This document shows positions 51,610 through 59,154 of a stretch of DNA of 64,000 bases, one piece after another; the stretch's first letter is position 1; each line of letters opens with the position of its first letter. This stretch comes from an uncultured Pelagibacteraceae bacterium (GTDB lineage: Bacteria; Pseudomonadota; Alphaproteobacteria; Pelagibacterales; Pelagibacteraceae). The translations under genes and the position numbers were made by a program. The notes beneath the pieces are model-generated. The model saw only the letters and a program-made list of their open reading frames with translations. It did no database searches and was not told the origin of the DNA. The stretch spans positions 2,126-66,125 of the forward strand of contig CACCEJ010000005.1 of NCBI GenBank assembly GCA_902545035.1, given 5' to 3'.

Positions 51610-52478
51610 TTATTTAAAACTCTTCCAGCTACTGTTTTTAATTTGTCTTTCGTCTTTTGTGATCTTTTTTCTGGAGCAGTAATTATGGCAACATCTAAAC
51701 AATTATTTGTTGAGTCATTTGGATCAATATGAGTTTCAAAATTATCAATAAGATTTTTAATCATACTTTTTGCTTTAGAAGCATTATCTAATAATACTTT
51801 TATTACTTGCTGAACATCAACGTTTTCATGATCTGGATGCCAACAATCATAATCAGTTACCATTGAAACAGAAGCATATCTAATTTCTGCTTCTCTTGCT
51901 AATTTTGCTTCAGGCATGTTTGTCATTCCAATCACATCGGCTTTCCATGATCTATAAAGATTTGACTCAGCCAAGGTTGAAAATTGAGGACCTTCCATTA
52001 CTACATAAGTCCCTCCTTTTTGATAATCTATTCCCTCTTTTTTAATTGCATCCTCACATGCATTCATTAAACCTTTAGAAGTTGGATGTGCCATTGATAC
52101 ATGAGCTACTATTTCCTCATCAAAAAAAGTTTTATTACGTGCAAAGGTTCTATCTATAAATTGATCAATAATAACAAATTTACCAGGACGCAAATCCTCT
52201 TTTAGTGAGCCAACTGCGGAGACAGAGACTATATCTGTAACACCTAGTTGTTTTAATGAATCTATATTTGCTCTAAAATTTATGTTTGATGGTGAAATAA
52301 AGTGCCCTCTACCATGCCTTGGTAAAAAAAGAACTTCTTTGTTATTATAGGTAGTTTTTAAAATATGATCTGATGGTTTTCCCCAAGGTGTATTTAAATC
52401 TATTAATTCTCTGTCTTTAAATTCTTCAACATCATAAAGACCACTTCCACCTATTATTGCTAATTTATTATTTGCCAT
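51606..52478 (-). CDS. mtnP: S-methyl-5'-thioadenosine phosphorylase
   Basis: IIGGSGLY, PRHG, EGPQFST.AES, GMT and VTDYDCW motifs. Confidence 0.96.
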   Translation of the reverse strand: MANNKLAIIGGSGLYDVEEFKDRELIDLNTPWGKPSDHILKTTYNNKEVLFLPRHGRGHFISPSNINFRANIDSLKQLGVTDIVSVSAVGSLKEDLRPGKFVIIDQFIDRTFARNKTFFDEEIVAHVSMAHPTSKGLMNACEDAIKKEGIDYQKGGTYVVMEGPQFSTLAESNLYRSWKADVIGMTNMPEAKLAREAEIRYASVSMVTDYDCWHPDHENVDVQQVIKVLLDNASKAKSMIKNLIDNFETHIDPNDSTNNCLDVAIITAPEKRSQKTKDKLKTVAGRVLNK

Positions 52479-52515
52479 ATAAAAAGTTATAATATTGTAT
52501 TTATAAATAACTATT

Positions 52516-53043
52516 ATGGATTTAAAAGATTATATTCGCTCAATTAAGGATTATCCTAAAAAGGGTATTTTATTTAGAGATATAACTACTTTAATAAAAA
52601 ATGAGACTGCTTTTGAGGAAACAATTAATCAAATTGTTGATAGATCTAAAAAATTTAAAGTAGATAAAATAGCTGCAATTGAGTCTCGTGGTTTTGTGTT
52701 TGCATCAGCTGTTTCTTACATATTAAAAAAACCTTTTATAATGTTAAGAAAGAAAAACAAACTCCCTGCTGAGGTACATTCAGTTGATTTTGAGCTTGAA
52801 TATGGAACAGCAACAATAGAAGTTCATAAGGACTCAATTTCAGAAAATGACTCTGTTCTTATAATTGATGATTTAATAGCTACAGGAGGAACGGCAGAAG
52901 CTGCAGCAAAACTTATAGAAATTTCAAAAGGAAATATTGCAGCCTTTATATTTGTAATAAATCTTTTTGATTTAGGTGGTTGTCATAATCTTCTAAAAAA
53001 AGGTTATAAGGTTGAAAATTTGATGGACTTCCCAGGTCATTAA
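52516..53043 (+). CDS. apt: Adenine phosphoribosyltransferase
   Basis: YPKKGILFRDIT, ESRGF, LEYG and IDDLIATGGT motifs. Confidence 0.97.
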   Translation: MDLKDYIRSIKDYPKKGILFRDITTLIKNETAFEETINQIVDRSKKFKVDKIAAIESRGFVFASAVSYILKKPFIMLRKKNKLPAEVHSVDFELEYGTATIEVHKDSISENDSVLIIDDLIATGGTAEAAAKLIEISKGNIAAFIFVINLFDLGGCHNLLKKGYKVENLMDFPGH

Positions 53044-53049
53044 TGAATA

Positions 53050-53493
53050 ATGCTTAATATGAAAAAATTTATTTCAATCTTAATTTTAATCACATTTTAT
53101 CAAACAACTTCACAGGCCGGACAATATTCTGATAAATTTGCAAATTGTCTAATGCAAAATACTACAGAAAGAGACAAAGTAGTTCTTGTGAGATGGGCAT
53201 TTTCTGCAATGGCACACCATTCAGCTTTGAAAGAAGAATTTAATATTCCAAATAGCAAATTTACAAAACATGAAATTGCAGTGGCTGATTATGTTCAATA
53301 TATTTTAGGAACAGTTTGCTTTAAAGAAACAAAAAATGTTCTAAAATATGATGGAGATCAAGCTTTCTTAAAAGCTTTTGAATTGCTGGGAGAAATTGCT
53401 TTTTTATCTTTAATGGAAGAAGCAAGTGTTTCAAATGCACTAGAAAATTACGTAACACATATTGATCCTGAATTTTTAAGAAAATTTGATTAA
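53050..53493 (+). CDS. Secreted hypothetical protein
   Basis: Signal peptide and two Cys; its stop codon abuts the CCA end of the convergent tRNA. Confidence 0.75.
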   Translation: MLNMKKFISILILITFYQTTSQAGQYSDKFANCLMQNTTERDKVVLVRWAFSAMAHHSALKEEFNIPNSKFTKHEIAVADYVQYILGTVCFKETKNVLKYDGDQAFLKAFELLGEIAFLSLMEEASVSNALENYVTHIDPEFLRKFD

Positions 53494-53570
53494 TGGTAGC
53501 GGGAAGTGGGATCGAACCACTGACCTCGGGCTTATGAGTCCCGCGCTCTAACCAACTGAGCTACCCCGCC
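53494..53570 (-). tRNA. tRNA-Met (CAT), probably elongator
   Basis: GGCGGGGTAGCTCAGTTGGTTAGAGCGCGGGACTCATAAGCCCGAGGTCAGTGGTTCGATCCCACTTCCCGCTACCA folds into a full cloverleaf with anticodon CAT and encoded CCA. Confidence 0.95.
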
Positions 53571-53586
53571 ATTAAATTCACGTTGA

Positions 53587-53614
53587 TATATACTACTTAT
53601 TTTTTTTCTTTCAA
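53587..53614 (-). promoter_or_regulatory. Putative islet-borne promoter for the intact tRNA-Met
   Basis: TTGAAA, 16-bp spacer, TATATA, ending 16 nt upstream of the tRNA 5' end. Confidence 0.45.
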
Positions 53615-53653
53615 ACAAGAAAATCAAAAAATGCATTTAATCACACTTTCTCT

Positions 53654-53673
53654 GTGGACCGTGAGTGGACCAA
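53654..53673 (+). repeat. Tandem GTGGACC pair (left arm-type-like site)
   Basis: GTGGACCgtgaGTGGACCaa with 11-bp period. Confidence 0.7.
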
Positions 53674-53715
53674 ATTTGGAACAGGATTTCTGGTCATGTG
53701 GAGACCCGTGCGTGA

Positions 53716-54084
53716 TTAATCTATATCTACAGTTTTAACATCACACAAATAATCACTTAAAAATTTATCATTAACATAATCATATTTAGACATAGACATT
53801 ATTGGGTTTTTTTCACCCTCGAATTCATTTATTTGGAAAACTAATTCATATTTAGGAAATCTAGCTGCAAAAAAATTTTTTTTAATTATCATATTCTTAT
53901 TTGGTATTTCAATATAAGTTTTTTTATTTTCATCAAAATATTTAAATGTCATCACATCAAAATAAAATTTGTGAATTTTATAATTTTTATCAAGCAAATT
54001 TTTCATATTCACACAGGCAATATTAACTCCTTGATCTGCATAAAGTATTGTTGGAAATAGAAGAAAAAATAATATAAGTCTCAT
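53716..54084 (-). CDS. Small secreted hypothetical protein (islet cargo)
   Basis: Signal peptide and one Cys near each end of the mature chain. Confidence 0.7.
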   Translation of the reverse strand: MRLILFFLLFPTILYADQGVNIACVNMKNLLDKNYKIHKFYFDVMTFKYFDENKKTYIEIPNKNMIIKKNFFAARFPKYELVFQINEFEGEKNPIMSMSKYDYVNDKFLSDYLCDVKTVDID

Positions 54085-54131
54085 GCTTTATTAAAGAAGT
54101 ACTGTCAGGTATTTTTTGGACTTAATTATGT

Positions 54132-54536
54132 TTAGAATAAGTTTTTTTTCTTAATTTTTTTGTTTGTACAAACAAACAAGTCTTTTTGAGACTCATTATT
54201 AATCACACGAAAATGATAACCCTTTCCAGTAGTTCTATCTATTGATATAACTCGAAAATAGGCAACACCACCTGCATTAGGTATTAAAGCCATTTCACTG
54301 GCAGCACTATATTCGTTTTCTTTTTCGTCTTTTCTGACTAACCCAGCAAATAATGTTGACCATCTTGGAACTTTAATTTTGGTATCCGTAATAACAATCT
54401 CCCAATCTTGAATCATCGGAATTTCTTTTTCTCCATTAATAATTCTTATTTCTTGTTTGCAATAAAGATTTAAATCAGCATAAGCTGTCTCATTTAAACT
54501 TAATAAAATAAAAAAAATTCCAAAAATTTTTCTCAT
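54132..54536 (-). CDS. Small secreted hypothetical protein (islet cargo)
   Basis: Signal peptide, terminal Cys pair and SIDRTTG motif. Confidence 0.7.
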   Translation of the reverse strand: MRKIFGIFFILLSLNETAYADLNLYCKQEIRIINGEKEIPMIQDWEIVITDTKIKVPRWSTLFAGLVRKDEKENEYSAASEMALIPNAGGVAYFRVISIDRTTGKGYHFRVINNESQKDLFVCTNKKIKKKNLF

Positions 54537-54551
54537 AAAAATATCTTATCA

Positions 54552-54571
54552 GTGGACCACCAGAGGACCAA
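54552..54571 (+). repeat. Tandem GTGGACC/GAGGACC pair (right arm-type-like site)
   Basis: GTGGACCaccaGAGGACCaa with 11-bp period and the same orientation as the left pair. Confidence 0.7.
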
Positions 54572-54609
54572 TATTTATGTTTGCTTTAATTAATTAGGAA
54601 AACTAGTGT

Positions 54610-54671
54610 ATCGAACCACTGACCTCGGGCTTATGAGTCCCGCGCTCTAACCAACTGAGCTACCCCGCCAT
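54610..54671 (-). repeat. Truncated tRNA-Met copy (5' 60 nt), att-like direct repeat
   Basis: Identical to 53511-53572; lacks the 3' T-stem strand, the 3' acceptor strand and CCA. Confidence 0.92.
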
Positions 54672-54684
54672 AGATACATAAAAG

Positions 54685-54712
54685 TTTATACTGCTTTTAA
54701 TTATTTATGCAA
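54685..54712 (-). promoter_or_regulatory. Putative original tRNA promoter upstream of the truncated copy
   Basis: TTGCAT, 16-bp spacer, TATAAA, ending 15 nt upstream of the truncated tRNA 5' end. Confidence 0.45.
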
Positions 54713-54743
54713 AGGTAAGTAAAGATAATATATAATTTTTTAG

Positions 54744-56363
54744 ATGAAATATATTAAAAAAGATAATCTTGTAATTTTAATATTCTTCATTCTATATCTT
54801 TCATTAGGAATAAACATAGTTAAAAATTATAGTGTTTCATTTGATGAAGAAAGCAACAGATTATATGGACTTGTAAACGGCAATTATATACTAAAAACTT
54901 TTCTTAGTGAGGAAAAGTACAATTCTATTTTTAATAATATTATAAATGAAAATTTTAGTGAAAAAATAAAGATTAAACAACCAACACCACTTTATGAGTT
55001 TGCCGATAGAGCTTATGGAGTTGTTTTTGAACTCCCAATTACAGCTATCGAAATTTTATTAAATTTTAAAAACACTCATGATATTTATGTTTTTCGTCAT
55101 TTGGCTACATTTTTATTTTTCTTTATATCATTAATAATATTCTACTTATTTCTAAAAAAGATCTTTAAAAATAAATTTATAGCTCTAACAGGTGTTATAA
55201 TTTTAATTTCAAATCCTAGGATTTTTGCCGACAGCTTTTATAACTCAAAAGATATTGTATTTTTATCTTTTTTTTTAATTACTTTTTATTTTGCTTATTC
55301 ATTTATTTTAAAAAATAAAACTAAGAATTTAATTTTACTGTCTTTTTTTTCTGCTTGTTCGATTAATTTAAGAGCTATAGCAGTAATAATACCGTTTATG
55401 GTTTATATGGATATTATTCATCAAATTATAAAAACAAAGAAATTTAAAATTGAAATTATATATTTACCTTTAATTTCACTTTTATTTCTTTATATAATTT
55501 GGCCATTTCTTTGGGAAAGTCCAATTAATAACCTGATTTATGTTATAAATTGGTTTAAAGAAATTCCTATAAATATTGAAAATTTTTATTTAGGTGATGA
55601 CCATAATGCTCTTAGTCCCCCTTGGCATTATTTATTTGTTTGGATTTTAAATACCACACCTGCATACATTTTAATATTAATGTTTCTGGGAATAATATTA
55701 TTTATTTTTGGAAATAAAAAATATTTAAAATTATACTTAATATTTTTTTACTCATTAGTAATACCATTCTGTTTAGTTATTTTTTTGAATATTGCATTAT
55801 ACGATGGATGGAGACATTTTTATTTTATAGCGCCTTTTTTGACAATTTTTTGTTTGATATCAATTGATGCATTTTTTTATTATAAATTTTATAACTATAT
55901 AAAAATTGGTCTTTCAGTTTTAATTCTTACATTATTTTTAAAAAATATTTATGATTTAAAAAAACTTCATCCTTATGAAAATTTGTATTTTAATTATTTA
56001 TTTGTATCAAAGCCATATGAGATATTTGATAAAGATTACTGGGGATTAACAAATCGTATTGTACTTGAAAATTTTTATAAAGTTGTTGATGATAAAGAGA
56101 TTATATATGGTGACATGTCAACAATAATATTTAAAACCTCAGACTTTTTATCAAAGTTTGATAAAAGAAATTTTATTCATTATAAAAATGTAGGTAATAT
56201 TGATGAAGGACCTTTTTATTATTTTGTATTAAATAGATACCACCCTCCTTATGAAAATATTAAAAAAAATTCAAAAATAATTTATGAATTCAAACTCGAT
56301 AACCAAATAATTAATGGAGTTTATAAGTTTGATACAATTAGAAAATTTTTAGAAATGGAATAG
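54744..56363 (+). CDS. GT-C fold (ArnT/PMT, GT39/GT83-like) membrane glycosyltransferase
   Basis: Many TM helices, FDE after TM1, PRIFADSFYNSKD and YDGWRHFYF. Confidence 0.75.
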   Translation: MKYIKKDNLVILIFFILYLSLGINIVKNYSVSFDEESNRLYGLVNGNYILKTFLSEEKYNSIFNNIINENFSEKIKIKQPTPLYEFADRAYGVVFELPITAIEILLNFKNTHDIYVFRHLATFLFFFISLIIFYLFLKKIFKNKFIALTGVIILISNPRIFADSFYNSKDIVFLSFFLITFYFAYSFILKNKTKNLILLSFFSACSINLRAIAVIIPFMVYMDIIHQIIKTKKFKIEIIYLPLISLLFLYIIWPFLWESPINNLIYVINWFKEIPINIENFYLGDDHNALSPPWHYLFVWILNTTPAYILILMFLGIILFIFGNKKYLKLYLIFFYSLVIPFCLVIFLNIALYDGWRHFYFIAPFLTIFCLISIDAFFYYKFYNYIKIGLSVLILTLFLKNIYDLKKLHPYENLYFNYLFVSKPYEIFDKDYWGLTNRIVLENFYKVVDDKEIIYGDMSTIIFKTSDFLSKFDKRNFIHYKNVGNIDEGPFYYFVLNRYHPPYENIKKNSKIIYEFKLDNQIINGVYKFDTIRKFLEME

Positions 56364-56366
56364 TAT

Positions 56367-57605
56367 TTATTCACTAGATAAAATTCCAATTGAACCTGTA
56401 TCCTCTAAAGACATTAATATTATATTTGATTTTGATAAAAATTTTAAGTCTCTTATTCTTTCTCCTATAAATATTTTTTCAATATATAAAACTTTATTAA
56501 AATTTTTATCAAATTTAACTCTATATAAATGCCTTGAATTAAGTGAGCCAAAAATAAAATTATTTTGCCAGTATTTTGAAAAACTATTATTAAGTTTAAT
56601 AATTTCAGAAATTCCAATCGAAGGCACAAAAGAGTAAATAGGTTCCTTAAAGCCATTATCATAGTGACTCTTTAAATAATTCAATTCGTTATTATCTAAA
56701 GATCTATATTTTTCACCATATGATGCAAGTGGCCAACCATAATTTTCACCTAATTCGATTAAATTAATTTCATCTCCACCCTTTGGTCCATTCTCTGTTG
56801 ATAAAATAATACCCTCCGTTGACAGTAAACCTAAAATATTCCTATGTCCCTTTGAAATAATTTTTGTCATTTGAGTCTCAAAATTATAAAGGATGATTTT
56901 ACCCATTAATGAATTTGGATCTTGGGGTTTATTATCATTTTGATCCTTAAATTTTAAAATATCTGCAGCAGTACTTATTATTAAACCTTTTAATTTTTTA
57001 TCAAATTGAACTCTGCCTGATTGAATCGTTTTGTAACAATTGTTATCTAAATATTTCTTTTTTAAAGTTAATTTATCTAAATTAATCTTACCTTTAAAAA
57101 TTACAAATTTCTTGCAATTTTTAGTTATTCTTTCTGAGCCAGTAGCTATAAAATAATCTTCGTGAATAAGTGAGTCTAGAATTTTTGTGCTTTTGATATT
57201 TGTATTAATTTTTTTAATGTTATTTTGATTTTTTAAAATTTCTTCAGTTTTAACTCTAAAAATATCACCATTCGCCAAGGTTATTATTATATTGTTATTA
57301 TATATATCTACAAAAAAAGTTTTTGTGGACTTTCTTTTTATGAAATTGCCATAACCACCATAATTGACATTTTTTAATTTTAAATCAACTTTGTTAAAAT
57401 TAATGTATGAGAATTGTGTTTCGGGTAAAAACTTTATATTATAATCGTTGTTAAGTCTCTTAGTATTAATTTTATTTGAAAAGATAACCTTTAAAATAGC
57501 TTGATAATTTATTGGTAAATTTTCGTAGATACTAATTCTAAACGCATAAATACCAGATAAAAAATATACTATAATAATTAATAAAATTAAAAAATTTTTT
57601 TTCAT
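56367..57605 (-). CDS. PQQ-dependent sugar dehydrogenase (GSDH beta-propeller)-like protein
   Basis: GHRN, TENGPKGGDEINLI..G.NYGWP, PSIGIS and GERIRDL motifs. Confidence 0.85.
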   Translation of the reverse strand: MKKNFLILLIIIVYFLSGIYAFRISIYENLPINYQAILKVIFSNKINTKRLNNDYNIKFLPETQFSYINFNKVDLKLKNVNYGGYGNFIKRKSTKTFFVDIYNNNIIITLANGDIFRVKTEEILKNQNNIKKINTNIKSTKILDSLIHEDYFIATGSERITKNCKKFVIFKGKINLDKLTLKKKYLDNNCYKTIQSGRVQFDKKLKGLIISTAADILKFKDQNDNKPQDPNSLMGKIILYNFETQMTKIISKGHRNILGLLSTEGIILSTENGPKGGDEINLIELGENYGWPLASYGEKYRSLDNNELNYLKSHYDNGFKEPIYSFVPSIGISEIIKLNNSFSKYWQNNFIFGSLNSRHLYRVKFDKNFNKVLYIEKIFIGERIRDLKFLSKSNIILMSLEDTGSIGILSSE

Positions 57606-58291
57606 TTAATTATAATTATCAGTAATGATTTTCCAATTTTATTAAATAAAAATTTGTCCATAATTTTACTTAAAGGAATTAAAGTATCCCATAATTTAAT
57701 TTTAAATGAAAAATTTTTTTTATAATTTTTTGTAAATATTTTTGATAGTAAGCTAAGAATATAGCCTAAGCTATCAAAATAAGTAATTTTATAATTTTTA
57801 ATATTTATTTTTTTTAAAATCTTTATAAAATCTTTTTTTGAATATCTTCTTTCATGATCAATGTCTTTATCAAATTGTGAATATAAATGTTGAAAAGCTG
57901 GTACATTTATTATTAAGCATCCATTTTTTTTTAAGCTTGAATATGCTTTCTGTAATTCAGTTAAATCATTTCTGATATGCTCTAAAACATCCAAATACAA
58001 TATTGTATCATAAAAATTATTTTTTTTTACAAAATTTTTATTTATAATATTAATTTTCTTTGATTTTATTCTCTTAAGCTTTTGATTAAAGTTTTTGGAT
58101 GGTTCAAATAAATAAACTTTTTCAGATATTTCTTTGTATCTTTTTAACACAACCCCATTGCCTGGTCCAATTTCCGCAACAATACCCTTTATATATGGTT
58201 TTATAAACTTAAACTGATAATTTCTAAAGTTATTTGCTTTATCAAAATATTTCAGCTCCCAGCCAGCATAATTTGTGTTTTCTTTTTTCAC
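57602..58291 (-). CDS. Class I SAM-dependent methyltransferase
   Basis: EIGPGNG, YLDVLEHI and VPA...YS.FD..IDH.RRY motifs. Confidence 0.85.
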   Translation of the reverse strand: MKKENTNYAGWELKYFDKANNFRNYQFKFIKPYIKGIVAEIGPGNGVVLKRYKEISEKVYLFEPSKNFNQKLKRIKSKKINIINKNFVKKNNFYDTILYLDVLEHIRNDLTELQKAYSSLKKNGCLIINVPAFQHLYSQFDKDIDHERRYSKKDFIKILKKINIKNYKITYFDSLGYILSLLSKIFTKNYKKNFSFKIKLWDTLIPLSKIMDKFLFNKIGKSLLIIIIK

Positions 58292-58340
58292 TGTGTATTA
58301 AGTTTTTTTAATACCTTCGGGTGGGGAGTTCCATCTATTA

Positions 58341-58361
58341 TTAGTTTTGACTCAAAACTAA
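58341..58361. repeat. Perfect 21-bp palindrome
   Basis: TTAGTTTTGA-C-TCAAAACTAA in the intergenic region. Confidence 0.8.
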
Positions 58362-58396
58362 CATGTATTAATTCTAATTTATGTTTCATTTAAATT

Positions 58397-58579
58397 TTAC
58401 GAGGCTATAAATTTTATCAGGTAATAAAGGATACCTGTTATGATTGTTGCATATATAAAACCATAAACAAATAACTTTATAATTGTTTTATTATCTTCAT
58501 ACTTAGATTTTAAAAACACATAAATTATTGTATAAATTCCAACTATTGCTATACTTAATAATATATCTGTTGGGTTCAT
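58397..58579 (-). CDS. Small two-TM membrane protein
   Basis: ATGA-coupled to the upstream gene; two hydrophobic helices. Confidence 0.6.
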   Translation of the reverse strand: MNPTDILLSIAIVGIYTIIYVFLKSKYEDNKTIIKLFVYGFIYATIITGILYYLIKFIAS

Positions 58580-59034
58580 TGTATTTTTTCGAAAAATAAC
58601 TTTTTAAGTTGATATGTAAATGGGTATTCTTTTCCAATAGGTTGAAATTTTGGTTTTATCACAATGAAGTTTTCTTTTCCTATTTTAATTTTCCATGTTA
58701 ATCTTATATCTCCTGAGAATACTCTTAGAGCACCAAGGTTTGAAAATCTCCATCCATCCTCAGATATAATTACTCCGTCTTTGTATCTTTTATAACTATC
58801 ACTATCAAATATGTATGTTACCACACCATCGGTTCTCTCATCTTTCAATGTAATGGCATAATTATTTAAAAATTCAGCAGTTTGTTTTTTAGTTAAGCCT
58901 CTTTTAGAAACTGATTTCAAAAATTCAGTTGTTTGATCAACTGCGTTGTCAATCTTGCTATCTGCTGATGAATAATTTATAAAACTTAAAAGTAAAATTA
59001 GAACTGTTAAAAGTTTAGTTAAATTCGATAGCAT
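58576..59034 (-). CDS. Secreted hypothetical protein
   Basis: Signal peptide and 152-aa ORF. Confidence 0.7.
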   Translation of the reverse strand: MLSNLTKLLTVLILLLSFINYSSADSKIDNAVDQTTEFLKSVSKRGLTKKQTAEFLNNYAITLKDERTDGVVTYIFDSDSYKRYKDGVIISEDGWRFSNLGALRVFSGDIRLTWKIKIGKENFIVIKPKFQPIGKEYPFTYQLKKLFFEKIQ

Positions 59035-59154
59035 TAAACAACTTATATAACATTTATCTGATGATATTCAATTTATAATAGAATTCTTTTATATTGTCTT
59101 ATTCATTAACATTTATAAAATTGTATTTTTAAAAATATAAAGAGAGAGGAATAA

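Larger units (their letters stand above)
53511..54671. mobile_element. Small tRNA-Met-anchored integrative islet without integrase (1,099 bp repeat-to-repeat)
   Basis: Flanked by identical 62-bp direct repeats, with paired GTGGACC motifs inside both ends and two secreted-protein genes as cargo. Confidence 0.7.

Noticed and set aside
53494-53570. Initiator tRNA-fMet or tRNA-Ile2 assignment
   Set aside because: It lacks the C1 mismatch and three consecutive G-C anticodon-stem pairs of fMet, and the acceptor stem looks more like elongator Met. Ile2 is not formally excluded without a classifier.
53640-53715. CRISPR array or integrase gene remnant in the GC-rich islet end
   Set aside because: Only 7-bp repeats without spacers are present, and no recognisable integrase motif was seen by eye.
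54085-54135. dif/XerCD-like site (TTATGTTTAG) between the cargo genes
   Set aside because: Only a partial XerD-like arm in AT-rich DNA, with no matching XerC arm.
54601-54671. Second functional tRNA-Met gene
   Set aside because: Identity stops in the T-loop; the 3' T-stem strand is degenerate and the acceptor 3' strand and CCA are absent, so it is treated as an att-like fragment.
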